Source: Callorhinchus milii
Taxonomy: Eukaryota
Length of the DNA stretch: 64,000 bases
Reading direction: 5' to 3'
NCBI RefSeq assembly: GCF_018977255.1
Contig: NW_024704743.1
Span: 26,972,001-27,036,000 of the forward strand
The notes below the pieces were generated by a model. That model was not told the origin of the DNA, ran no database searches, and was given only the letters and a program-made list of their open reading frames with translations. This document shows, piece by piece, positions 23,968 to 36,944 of the stretch (position 1 is its first letter; each line of letters begins with the position of its first letter). The position numbers and the translations under genes were made by a program.

Positions 23968-24620
23968 AATTGAATCTCTGCTAACATGAATCATAAGATG
24001 GCAGAGAAACCTCAGAGAGAGGTGGCAGATATTACATAAGAATACCAGAAGTATCAAAATGTTTTCATCTTTATAATAGTCGACAATTGTAACAGCCACT
24101 GGTAGGATTAGGAGGGGCAGACTAGTCACTGGGGATTAGGATTCTTCCCACTCAACTCTTTTTAAAACTGAATCCCAAAGCCCTAAGGGTGATGGTCCTA
24201 TCTGGACTTGCAGAAGGAAACCTGCCACACAGTGCTTTCAATGGCAAACTATGCAGTTTTAATTGGTTAAACTCAGTGGCCAACACATACTCTGGGATCC
24301 TCAAAGAACGGCTCTCACCAACCCAAGCCTAATATTCACAGGAATTAGGTAAGCAGAGTGTATCCCTCCAGCGAGAGAGTGCACATTCCATTCCAGACAC
24401 ATATGGGCATTTCCAAAGGGATCAATCACCCTTCCTGGCACCCTGTTCCAAACACTAATTCCTCTCTGGGGGTAACATTCCTGTATCTGTCCTGGTATTT
24501 GCCCTTTGCAGCTCTAAACCTTTGTCATCTTGTTCTAATGCCTTGGTGCATACCCAAAGTAAACCCAAAGTATTGTTTTGGGTTTACTTTATCGATCCCA
24601 TTTAAAATGTTATACACCTC

Positions 24621-25030
24621 CTATACGGAACAGTCACGCGTCAACGAATGGTGGGTCCTCGGGAAACTACGGTAAACCGAGCAGGAGATGCGAGGAGCAA
24701 AGGTCGAAGGTTTTGGTCGATGAAAGCCGGGCGAGGTTGGCCAGGATGGGTACCGGTGGGGCGAGACATTTCAAATCGCCCGCCTGTATAATGGGTGCGA
24801 GGGACGGCCGAGGCCACTGGTGGTCAAACTAGCGGTGGTGATTTACCGGCGGGGTGAAGGTTTGGCTGCTTCAGGCACGGAGACGCCATTTCAAAATCCC
24901 TCACCTGAAAAACAACCGAATCTCGCTGCCAGACATCACTTCCGGGCACCATTTTTAAAACCATCTGGATAAGCATTGGTGTGATGTCACTTCCTGGTGC
25001 TTTTTGCAAATCAGGGTAGGGTAAGTATAG
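24621..25030. mobile_element. Unclassified CpG-rich 410-bp insertion with short terminal inverted repeats
   Basis: Abrupt GC/CpG rise between a CR1 fragment and an L2 fragment; ends are ctatac (24621-24626) and gtatag (25025-25030); contains two cacttcc ETS-type motifs and ccattt YY1-like motifs. Confidence 0.5.
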
Positions 25031-25049
25031 AGTGTATTCTACTATCCAT

Positions 25050-26465
25050 CTGCGACCTTGTCCTCCCTTCCCTCCTGATCTCTGCTACCTAAGCCATGAC
25101 TTAACTGACAAGACAAAACTGACTTCTACTCCAAAATCATCCTGGAGGTAAACAATAATCCAAAGATGCTGTTTTCCACCGTCGATCACCTCCTCTGTGC
25201 TCCATCTCAAGCCCCCTCAATCCTCACATAAACACCAAGTGCAAAGAGGTTCTAGACTTCTTTGCCTCAAAAATTGAAAACATTCGCTTGGCTGCATCTT
25301 CCTACCACCCCATATCCCCTTCCACCCCACCCAGACCATCCACACCACTTTCTCCCTCAACCATGGCTCCTGCCACTACCACCTCCTTACAATCCTTTGC
25401 CCCCATTTCTCCCTTCTCCATCTCAACCACAATCACCCGGATGAGGTTCACCACCTGCTGCCTTGAAGACATCCCCTCGCAGCTGCTGGTCACTCAACTC
25501 CCCCTTTTCTCCCCACGGTCAACCATTCTATCTCCTCAAGCTCTGTTTCAGTGGTCCGGAAAACCGTTGTCATCACACCCCTCCTCCAAATCCCACCTTC
25601 GATGCCTCCAATCTCGCACACTACCATCGCATCTCTAACCTACTCTTCCTTGCCAAAGCTCTGGAATGCATTGTTGCAGGTCAACTTCGGTCACACCTCT
25701 CTCTCCACTCCCTCCTCGATCCCCTTCAGTCTGGTTTTTGTTCTGACCATAGCACAGAGACAGCACTTGTCAAAGTTACAAACAACATTCTCTCTTCTAT
25801 GACCAGGGCTGTCTCTGCCTCCTTGTCCTCCTGGATCTCTCTGCCACGTTCGACACAGTCGACCATGCTATCCTCTTCTATCAACTCTCCTCCCTCATCT
25901 ACCTTAGTGGTACCATACTCGCGTGTTTCGAATCCTGCATAACCAACTGCCTCCATTTAATCTCAGCAAATCGTTTCTCCTCCCACCTGATCACCTGCAA
26001 GGTTCCCCAGGGCTCCATCCTTGACCATCTTCTTTTCTTTATCTATATGTTCCCTCTGGGTGATATCATACGCAGACACGGAGTAAATTTCCACATGTAT
26101 AAGGAAAATACACAAATCTACTTTTCCTCCTCCAGTACCAACTTCAGGTCCACCAATGTTCTATCAGCTTGTCTGGCAGACATCAAGGCCTGGATGAGTG
26201 TTAGCTTCCTGCAGCTGAATATGGACAGACAGAAGGCATACTCATTGGCTCCAGTCAACGTCTTCACCTCGGCGGATCCTCTCCCACATCTGGTCCCTGA
26301 CCATGACTGCTTTCTTCCACCTCCGCCAGGTTGCACGCCTCTGACGGTACCTTACCCCAAATGCAGCCGAAACCCTTGTGCATGCACCTGGATTACTCAA
26401 ACAGTCCTCGCCGGTCTCCCCAGCTCCACTATTCAAAAGATCCAGCTCATTCAGTACTCTGCTGT
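25050..26465 (+). pseudogene. L2 LINE ORF2 fragment (reverse transcriptase region, frameshifted)
   Basis: HYHRISNLLFLAKALE, LDPLQSGFCSDHSTETALVKV, VPQGSIL and LGDIIRRHGVNFHMYKENTQIY (decayed YADD). Confidence 0.9.
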
Positions 26466-26859
26466 GTTTTAGCTCTTTCCTATCTGCACCTTGTACTCTC
26501 TGTAATTAAATGAAAGGGTGCATCCCTCCAGGGAGAGAGAGTGAATATTCCATTCCAGATATGGAGACATTTCCAAAATTTCCATGATCTTATGGTAAAC
26601 ATATGTGGTACTCTCAATTCAGTCTGGATATTCTTATGCTTAGTGATGCAATTCAGCATTTGTCAGACACCCGGCTGACCAGAAAAAAAGACAGGCCTTA
26701 GCTTAAAGTTCCATTTAATAATGCTGCTCTCCCCTAAAGCTGCAGTGGATTGTCAGACGAGACTTAATCTGTGTAAGACCAATGTGTAGGAACCAGAGCT
26801 GCTCTTTTCTGGGCTACAGTGTTAACTACTTTACAAGTATTAAAATTCCCATTACATGC

Positions 26860-27600
26860 AACACCTTCTCACATATTAAATTGTCGCAATGTGTTTCATG
26901 CAATTGGTTACTTTGTTATTATGTAGGTGAATGTTGCAGCTAATAAGTGCCAGGAATGTCCCACAAACAGCCATGAGAGAAATGACTAATTAATCTGTTT
27001 TTTAAGTGGATTTGATGTGGGAGGAATGTTGGCCAAAACATGGTAGAATTTCCTGCTCTACATTAAGGTAGTGCCGTGGGATCTTTAGCATCCAGATTAA
27101 ATATATTTTCTGAAGTGATGGCACCTCCAACATTGTAGTACCTCTCTCAGTACAGCATTGTAGTGGAGTGCTGTAGCTCAGTGGTTAGAGCACTCGCTTT
27201 GCAAGTGAGAGACCTGAGTTCAATTCCAGGCAGGTCAGGGCGAAACCTTGGGCAAGTTTCCTTACTCCACACAGAGCCTAATAATAACACCTCCAAAAAC
27301 CAAAAACAATAATAAAAATTGGTCATTTTCAATCTACGACTGTTTGTGGGACATTGCTGTGCGCAATTGGCTGCCGTGTTCGCCCACAAATATACAGTCA
27401 ATTCACTTTACAATGTGTTCTGTGAAGCGCTTTGGGACATCCTCCCGACGTGAAAAGCGCTATATCAAATGCAAGGATTATTATTATTATTATCCTAGTC
27501 TATAAACTCAAATTCCGATATGGGCCTTCAAACACCTTCACGCCTAGATAAGTTTCTAATCCGGAGGCAAGAGCGTTAGTAACATGACTAAGCTTGCACA
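26860..27600 (-). mobile_element. Old Deu-domain SINE hosting a young SINE
   Basis: Reverse-complement core (gtagtgccgtgggatcttta, ggcacctccaac) before 27163 and head remnant (ggaggcaagagcg) after 27493. Confidence 0.7.
27163..27493 (+). mobile_element. Young tRNA(Ala)-derived SINE
   Basis: Near-identical to 1775-2101. Confidence 0.95.
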
Positions 27601-27646
27601 TCACTGGACCAGTAGTCTGTTTGTTATTGCTGTTACATTGATTGAT

Positions 27647-28030
27647 AACAACAACTTACATTTATCTCACACCCCTCACGCAGGTTCATGTCTCAGAGCG
27701 CTTGACAGTGTAGGAGCATAACACCGAGCTGGGGAAAGAGGGGAGATGACCATAGGAACGGTTAGACAGGATGGTCTTCAAGCATGACCTGAAAAGTGGG
27801 AAGGAATGGGCAAGGCGGAGGAATTGAGGGAGTGTTCCAGAGTTTCGTGAAGTAGTGGCTGATAGCCCGGCTGCTGATGGTGGAATGGAGGGTACGAGGG
27901 ACAAGCAGGCGGCCAGAGTCGGTCGAGCAGAGGCAGCGGATAGTGAGTTGGGAGGTAAGCAGGTCAGAGCGGTAGGGGGATGTTAGGGCATGAAGGGATT
28001 TGAAGATGAGTCTGAGGATCTTGAAATTGC
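27647..28030 (-). mobile_element. L2 LINE 3' fragment (type B tail)
   Basis: (caa)n tail and reverse-complement L2 C-terminal coding region (FKIL...FRSCLKTIL). Confidence 0.8.
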
Positions 28031-29384
28031 GAAGTGTTTATACTCCATGCAATCCCCAAACCCTCCTCTTTGCCTCAACTATACCCCTCTAATCCCTTCC
28101 GTTGATTGACATCACAAGGCACCTGAAAGAAAGAATGCTTAGCATCAAGGTAACCAACAAAATAGAAAAAAAATCTTTTCATTGTTTCAAGGCTTTCTGG
28201 AAATAGGAAAGTATCATTCCTTCTCTCAAACATCATCCAATTAATTATTAAAATCTGTATCACAGTACAAGCAACATTCAAGTTTTTCTTCTCACAGTTC
28301 ATCTTGAATAATTATCTTGAAAATGAAACCTTACCTTAGTGTTATTCACTGGGTGTCCTGCGTGTGAACAATAATAGTCAGTTTGTCTTTTCATTCCACA
28401 TTTAGTCTGATTACTTTAACCCACTGGGGATTCGAGTTTCTCCAAGAAATGAAATCCACAGTGAATTCTTGCGGCCAACATTAATGCTTTCTACAGCTTA
28501 AAATTATGCAATAACATTGCAATGACACCTAAAACATGAGTATACTGAACATAATCTCAACAAAGTTAAGTGAGAATTTAGTACATGAATTTGACCTGAC
28601 ACTGACAAGTGCATCCTGCACAATGCAATCTTAACCCTTTGTGTGAAGGAAATGAAAAGGGATATACTCCATGCACTGTATTTTTGTAATGTCAGTATTT
28701 TGTACAAACAATAATTATTTGTTCCTCTTCTAAACTGAATAGATACATTTTGCAAATGATTTTGAGAGGGATCTAGAAATCATGACTCAGTAATTATCCT
28801 TACATTTGATATAGCTCCTTTCTTGTTCGATGTCTCAAAGCACTTCATAGGATTTACAGTAAAGTGAAGTGACTGTATGGGAACTTCCATATTAATTTGT
28901 TTTACCACGAGACTTGCAATTGTTTTTAGTGCACAATAGAGCAATAGAAACATAGAAAATGATGCCACAGAAGAAGGCCATTTGGCCAATGGTATCTGTG
29001 CTGGCTCCCACAAGAGCAATCTTTCATTCCAATTTACCTGTCTGTTTAGCTGACTCTTTTTAAGGTATTTGTCTAGTTTCATCTTGAAGGCCTATATAAA
29101 TTCTGACTCAATCATTGCAACCGGTAGGGCATTCTACATCGCAACTACTCCATGCAACAGAACTTTCTATGGTATGATTATTGAAGCATTACTTGCTGCC
29201 ATATTAGTGTTAAAACAGTACTTTCTATGGCATTTTCAAAATATTAGTTTGTATGGTATTACTGTATTTTCAAAACCAATACTACAATTCTGCATAGCAT
29301 TAAAATGCTATATTCATAAATAATGACTCTGAGTCGCAAACTTCTGCAGGTAACTGGAAACGGGTGATGCCAACCTGTAAGTGA

Positions 29385-29600
29385 TAATAATAATAACAAT
29401 AATAATAATCCTTGCATTTGATATAGCGCCGTATCACACATTTGAGACATCTCAAAGCGCTTCACAGAATATACTGTAAAGTGAATTGACTATATATTTT
29501 GTAGGTGAGACACGGCAGCCAATTGCACACAACAGTGTCCCACAAACAGTCGTGGATTGAGTGACCAAATTATTATCATTTTTTTTTGGAGGGATTATTA
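29385..29600 (-). mobile_element. tRNA-SINE 3' half
   Basis: Standard family tail and body, reverse complement. Confidence 0.85.
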
Positions 29601-30089
29601 CTACATCTATTACAGGAATATATCACATAGTCATGGTCATTCCATCTATTGAAATAGGTAGTAAATCATACCCCATGCACTACATCACTGAGAAGTTAGC
29701 TATTCGAGTAGGTATTACACTCATATTTGGTTCAGTTGAAGTCAGCAAAAGAAGAAATCAGTGCGATTTCCTCTTTTGTTTGTGCAGAATTCCAGAAAAA
29801 TTCCTGGGGGATAGAAAAGTTGTGAAGCCAAATTTAGGTGAATTTTCTATTTTCTCCAAAACCATTATAGGAGAGACTGAACTCTTCAGATAAATCACAA
29901 AGAAGACAGAAGACTCTTTTCTGGGGAAGATTAATGGGATAGGCAGTGCTGAGGTGTGAATGGTTTAACAGGTGTTTGAAATAGAAAATCTGGTCACCAT
30001 AGGCTATGGTTAAAGGGTGGTAGCATGAGTTTACTCTGTGGCTAATTGTGAAAAGATTGAAGATATAAACATAAAAACGCTCAACAGTT

Positions 30090-30530
30090 CTCATAAGAAC
30101 ATAAGAAATGCTAGACGATAAAAAGACCAAGGTCCATCCAGTTCGCCTTCCACCTTTCTGGCGGTCGTGCACGTATATCCTGAACTAGCTGTGAACTATA
30201 TTCCATCATGTTATTTCTTAAAAGAAAACTCTCTAATTTGTGTTTGAAGGAATCAACATTTCGTGCTACAACTGTCTCTCTAGGGAACCTGTTCCACAGG
30301 TTTATTATTCGCTCATTGAAATAGTGCTTCCGTAAATTCGTTCTGAATTTAACCCCCATCAATCGCAGGCCATGTCTTCTGGTTTTATTATTTTGGACTA
30401 GTTGAAACATAATCATGAGCCTTTTCATGATCTACATTGTCTAGCCTCTTTAGAATCTTAAAGACAGCAATCATATCGCCTCTCAATCTTGTCTTTTCCA
30501 GCATGAGCTTATCAATGCATCTCCCCGGTT
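30090..30530 (-). mobile_element. CR1 LINE 3' end
   Basis: ORF 30111-30428: TRRHGLRL...FRTNLRKHYFNERIINLWNRFP. Confidence 0.9.
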
Positions 30531-31409
30531 CTCAGTAGAAGTCTTCAGTATTTCCAGAGGAAGAAAACCAGAGTTTTGGTAAAGCAAACACGTTAGAGGC
30601 ATTTCTGAATGAATAATTCAGCATGCATATGTTTTGAGCTAGAAAAAGAGAAAGGCTGGGGTAGAGACCAATAGAATATAGTAATAATAATCCATGCATT
30701 TGATATAGCGCCTTATCACGACTTTGAAATGTCTTAAAGTGTTTCAAAAATATACTGTTAAGTGAATTGACTGTATATTTTGTGGACTGTATACTATATA
30801 ATAAATCTTGCATTTAATACAAGACTTTATCATGCCACAAATTCTCAAAGCGCTTCATGCTATTGGGAAAAATATGTGATAACATGACACATTGTGTTAA
30901 TTAACATTAATTGTATGTGAAATGCTGCAAATGTATTACTGTTCGATAACTAATGACAGGCTGCAATCATACACACTTGACCTCTGTATCATGGCCTCTT
31001 TTATCTTAATCCCAGCCACACGCTCAATGAGTTATTCTTGAAGGGTTCAAACCCTAATTTGGAATTTTAAGATCTGAGTCTTGGCTGATATTCCATATCA
31101 GTGTTGGGGAAGTGCTGTATTGTTGGAGGTATGATCCTTTGGATAAAATGTGTACTGTTCAACTGGACAATAAAGATCCCACGGCATTATTCAAAAGAGA
31201 AGGGTGTTTCCCGGTAGTCTGGCCAACAAGCCTCCAGATAAAATTGGCCAGTTCATTTCATGAACATTGCTGTATGCAAATTGATGACTGCATTTGTATG
31301 AATTCTGTGAAACATTTTGATAATTTGATAAAGCACTGCAACAAATGCAATGATTATTTAAGTGGTGTGAATGTTATGTAGGTACACGGCAGCTAATCTC
31401 CTCCAGTAG

Positions 31410-32237
31410 CATTTGATTGTTGAGAGGATCTACTCAACTGTCTCTGCCCTTCCGACCACTACCACCTTCCCATTTCCGCCTCACACCCCGGCCCCTACCC
31501 ATCCCTCCCTCCACACCTTTGAACCTGTCTCCCCCTCCTCTCTGATTACCACCATAACCCACATGAAACCGACCAACTGCTCCCTTGATCCATCCCTGCC
31601 CCTCTCCTTACCTCCCAGCTCCATCTCCTTGCCCATCATAAACCTCTCCCTGTCGACTGGCACAATTCCCACTCCTCTAAAATCGGCCATCATCACTCCT
31701 ACCATCAAAACACCCCCCAGCCCCACCACCCAGATCCATCCCTACTCTCAAATTACTGCACCATCTCTAACTTCCCTTTCCAAGGTCCTGGAATGAGTCT
31801 TTGTTCCTCAGCTTCGCTCCTTTCTCTCCCGCCACTCCCTTCACGAATCCCTCCAATCAGGTTTGTGTGCTGCCCACAGCACAGAAACAGCTTTGGTCAA
31901 AGTGACAAATTACATTTTGTCCATCTGCGACCAGGGCTCCCTGTGCCTCCTCGTCCTTCTTGACATCTCTGCTGCCTTCGATACCATTGACTACTCTATC
32001 CTCCTCCATCACCTCTCCTCTCACCTCAACTTTCATATTTCCATCCTTGAATGGTTCAGATCCTACCTCTTACACCGTCTCCTTTCAATCTCCACAAATA
32101 GCTTCTCCTCTGGCCCAAGCACCGTCTCGTGTGGCGTTCCTCCCCAACCCTGACCTCCAGCTTGTGTCCGAAACATTGGTTGTCCAGTACCTTGGAATGT
32201 CCTCCCGATGTGAAAGGTGTAATTTTGTTGTTGTTGA
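31410..32237 (+). pseudogene. L2 LINE RT fragment joined to its 3' tail (internal deletion)
   Basis: IINLSLSTGTIPTPLKSAIITP, HSTETALVKV, LLVLLDISAAFDTIDY and CGVP, then directly the type A tail with (ttg)n. Confidence 0.9.
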
Positions 32238-35200
32238 TTGTCGCTGCATCAACTCAATCTGAGGGTAGGAATCATATACAAGCAAGGAAACTATGACAGG
32301 AGTCAGAAACATAGACAAACTGTTGTGCTGAAATGTGTGGAGGGGCAATCAGAACTGGTCATAATCAAGTTAGTCAATATTTAAAGATTGTTTGAGCCTT
32401 ATTAATCAAAGTATTAATACAGTTCAGATGCTGATCTCTGTTCTGATACTTGTGAAAATGATCTCTGAGTTGAGTTCCAGAGGGTCAGTTGTAGCACATA
32501 TGGGATTCACTATTAAAAATCCTTCCATATGTCTCACAGTTTAGAACGCAATGTTAGATGAGAATCTATTTTTAACGGAAGGCAACTTGATCTTCATGAC
32601 TCCTTTCAGCATTAGCTCCTACTGTTACAGTGAAAATCTGTCAGTGGTTAATTTAGAGATGCCAGCTTGCAATTTGAGCACAGCACCAAACCTTTGCGTG
32701 ATTTTAAATCAAGGAAATTATGAAATGATACTGTTTCTAGTGGAAAATCAATATAAAAATTTCATAACAGCTATGGAAAGGAATTGAAACACTAACTCAG
32801 AATTTTTGTATTATTCTCAGCTATCTGGCAACCATTAAGAATTGCTGGCAGCACAATTTAAGCCTAGGGATTTTTTAGGTTCGCAAATGATGTTATTTTA
32901 TATATCTCAAATCCACAGATTTTGCCAGAGGGTTTAATTTCCATTACAGAATTATTTTCCATGACATTTGGTTATAAACGAAACCAAGCAAAATTCAAAA
33001 TGGTGCAAGTCTTACNAAAAAACACCCTGCACCTCTGAGAAACAGGAACCATTTTATTCTAAATTGGGCAATTGTATATGCTACCTACCTATCTTGTAAT
33101 GTCACTTATGATTTGAACAACATGCATGCAGTTAATTTTGTTCCTTTTCAGAATGTGCAGTGTGATCCATACACTTACAGATGTCCTTTTAAAAAAAAAT
33201 ATGATCAATATTAGGATGAACATATTACCAAGAGCCTTCTCACTTACTGCTAAGTACTAGTAGTTTTTATTTAATTCACAGAAATATTAATCATTCAAAT
33301 TATTTGGAACGATAACAGAAGCTCTTGAACTTGTCTCCTCAATTTGCCAGCACCTGCAGCGCAAGCACATCACCAGATCTAAAATTATCTTATTCGGCTC
33401 CTTAAATACAGTGTATGTGTAATTAGTCTAACATATAGAGAAGTGAATCATTGTTCACTTTCCTGCTGACTTCTTATACAATAGTGCTTAAAAGAGAATC
33501 TAAATGCCTCACATTTTAACAACTCTTTGTAAGCACGTGCCAGATCAGGTTTATTTTGCCATTTTAAATTATAATATCTTTAATTCATACAGTTCAAACT
33601 CTACCTTTGTTCCTTCCCAAATATACTTATTTATCAAGCAGTCTGAAATATAGGTAATAACAATAAAAATGGTGGGGGAACCATGATCATTGGAAAGCTA
33701 TCAGCAGTTGTGTTTAATTGTGCTTGTAAATGCACAATGCAATGATATAATTTGTACAAGAAAAGCTTTTCTTCCCCCCTCATTTTTTTCTCTCCATAGT
33801 ATTCGATTCCATTTTCCCCATCTTGAATCCTAGGAGTACTGAGGTCCACTGTAGGATATTCTCTGCTACTCCGTTTGAGACTAAAATTTGAATGTACAAC
33901 TTTCTTGGTCTGTCTTTGCCAACTAAGTAATGAGGACTGTTTTCGAAAGATGCCGCAGCATTGCTTTTTTAAATAGATGTGTGCACGTGGTGTAACAAAA
34001 GTGTTACTTTTAAGCTTAAAACAAACAGTAATCACCTTTCATCAATGGTAAAATATGTACACTATTACTTTAAACATGTCATTCCTGTCAGACAAGGTAT
34101 TATATGAATACATATCACTAACAGTTAAAAGTGTATCTAACAGATTTCAACTGGAACTACACCTTGGCTTTACACAATATGCACAGTCAATTGACTTTAC
34201 AGTATATCTGTGAAGCGCTTTGAGATGCTCAACAACACGATAAGGTGCTATATCAAATGCAAGGATTATTATTATTAAAAATATTCCAGATATCATTAAT
34301 GATCACTAACGTCTGATTTTAAAAAATGGAATCACCTCTTGATTAATTACTTATTTAAACATCCCAACTGATGTTTTCCTACAGGTTCTGCTGTATTAGC
34401 TTGTCTAGTCATTTCTGTAATGTTGCTCCCATTTCTTGAAATATAAATTTGATTTTAGTTCAGTCTTCTTACTTTGTTGATACATGGAGTTGGCTGCCAC
34501 ACTTATTCAATCCAACATCTGTATGTCTGCTAATCTTTCCAAATGTATGAAAATGAATGGCCCAATTATCCAAACTACACCTTTGATCAACCCAAAACAA
34601 CAATACCCAAACAACTTCTAGCTCAATTTATATACAAAACATTGTTAGCTTCAATTACAATAACAGATATATCTGCCTGCCCATCTTCTTTCACCATGGA
34701 ACACAAAAAATAAGATCAAGGATTAATATATTTGCTGCCTTTCCTGACAAGGAAAAAGTCTTCATTGCTTCAGCTAATACACTTCTAACCTTTGCAATTC
34801 CTTGCCACAATAACCTCTGCCTTTAACTATATTCAAATCGCACCTTACGACCTATCTCTTCAATCGGGCTTTGGTCACCTCCCCCATCCCCTTCTCCCTT
34901 ACTCGGTGTCTGACCCTGTCACTGTTGCTAGATGCTACCCTGCATGAAGGATACTATAAAGATGCAAGTTGTTGCTGCTGTTGTTGTCTGTACGAAACCA
35001 CTGATTGGCTTCAGGCCAGGATAGCCATGATAGGATTCATGATAAAACATCAATGCTGGTAATCCTTACAAGGACCTCACAATCCTCAGGGTGGCAGCAT
35101 AGTGCCCACAAGGTAGCCTGTGAAATGCAGGAAGTTTTAGGGTTGATTAAAGTTTAATGGGTGGGATACAATGTAAAGCCTGCCACAAAGGTATGAATCA

Positions 35201-35319
35201 CCCAATTAAATGCCAAAATTCCGATAAGAACGTTTATCTTTAATGAACTATTTTGTTCAGGAAAAATGTGTGATCTAAAAATAAGCTTACATTCTTTTAT
35301 GAAGGAATTGCATTTAAGA

Positions 35320-35436
35320 GAACTAAAGAGCATATCAGCTACACATTAAGATCAGCCATGATCTTATCGAATGGCGGGGCAGGCTCGAGGGGCCGAATGG
35401 CCTACTCCTGCTCCTAATTCTTATGTTCTTATGTTC
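35320..35436 (+). mobile_element. CR1 3' terminal tail (young)
   Basis: gatcagccatgatcttatcgaatggcggggcaggctcgaggggccgaatggcctactcctgctcctaattcttatgttcttatg. Confidence 0.85.
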
Positions 35437-35899
35437 ATATTGTGAAATATTATATAAACATTTGACAGAATAAATTGTTCTATTTACATGGCAGAACTAT
35501 TTTGGTGCATATTCTTGTATTTACTAATTTTAGCAAAAAATATATGTATGTAAACAGCAGGGGATTTCAAGAGATTACATCAAAAAACAAATGTTCAGTG
35601 TTCATTTCTAAAAACTGTTTTCCTGCCTTCAGAAAGCTGTATTAAAACATATTAGAAAGTGAGCAAATTGGTCAATGGAGCTTGTTCCATTCTTCCATCA
35701 TTGCACAGGCTCATCGATAAATGAGCATGCTGTAAGTTGTGCAAGTGTTATGCTTTCTGCATTTACCCCAGGAATCATTCCAATATCCCCACTTATCACA
35801 ATTACCCCAATACACTTGAGCTGAGACATAAGTAACAGCTTCAACACCTGTCTTCAAAAGAGAGGGAAGCTAAAAGACAAAATCATATCTATTTTCCAA

Positions 35900-36322
35900 T
35901 TGCCTCCTCTGTGGTTCAATTGGTAGCTCTCTGACTCAGACCCTTGTGGGTTCAAGCCTCATGTCAGGACTTGGAACTCATATAGTCGAGGCTTACACTC
36001 CAGTAGAGTGCTAGGGATGTGCTACATTGCTGGAGGTGCCACTCTTCAGATGAGACGTTAAACAATGGCCCCATTTTCCTGTTGTGGACGTTAAAGATCC
36101 CATGGTACTGTTTCAAAAGAGAAGGGAGTTTCTCCCGGTGTCCTGGCCAACAATCTCCCAAAATAAAAAGTATTCATTCACTTTGTGGCAGTTTGTGTGA
36201 CATTGCTCTGTGCAAATTGGCTGCTGCGTTTACACAAAAAATACAATATATCCTGTGCAGCGATTTGAGAAGTCCTCCTGATGTGAAAGGTGCTGTACTC
36301 AATGTAAGGATTATTATTATTA
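35900..36322 (+). mobile_element. Old Deu-domain SINE, near full length
   Basis: Clear Deu core: ggaggtgccactcttcagatgagacgttaaac...gacgttaaagatcccatgg...cccggtgtcctggccaa; (tta)n tail. Confidence 0.9.
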
Positions 36323-36944
36323 TGCCTCAAGAAGGGGTTTGCATTCCTGCATAATGGTGAATTGGAGCAGCCAGATTCTGTTTTATTCTTATTCTATTTG
36401 CTATTACAACAGAATCGCAACCCATTTTGACTCTACTGTTCCCTCTTTCTGCTTCTTTTGGTTTCATTCTCTCTCTCGTTTTTTTCTCTCTCTGAGTCTC
36501 TCTAAGCTTCTATCTTTTCCTCTCCATTGACTTTCTCTGTTTCTAAGCCTCTTACTTCTTTTGCTCTGAGTCTAACCCTAATCTGTACAAAAAAAATCAA
36601 CATTTACGTTTGAGCTACCAACTAGGGGAGATCCAGTTGCATGCCTACACATGAGGTTACAGATACGTTTAGCTGCACAACACAAGCAACTGGTAACTTG
36701 GCACATGTGGCTATTACAATAGGAGGGTTAGGATTTTGTCTCAACAGCCAACAAAAACAAACTGTGGAGTTAGTCATAGTCTTGTCTTTTGAGTGGTAAG
36801 TTGTTGCTGGAGAAAACATCAAATTCTTTCCCTTCGCTCAGTTTGCTGACTCCAGCTTTGACCAAATTAAACACTCATCATTCCACAGTCTTTCGTACAA
36901 ATCCCTTTAAAATGCTTTCATATATTTGACTTCAACAGCAATTT

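Noticed and set aside
33016..33016. Ambiguous base n (also at 61236)
   Set aside because: An assembly ambiguity next to homopolymer runs, not biological.
33634..34035. 133-aa minus-strand ORF and strong plus-strand acceptor at ~33800
   Set aside because: No homology recognised; the plus-strand frames stop within ~30 codons and there is no convincing donor.
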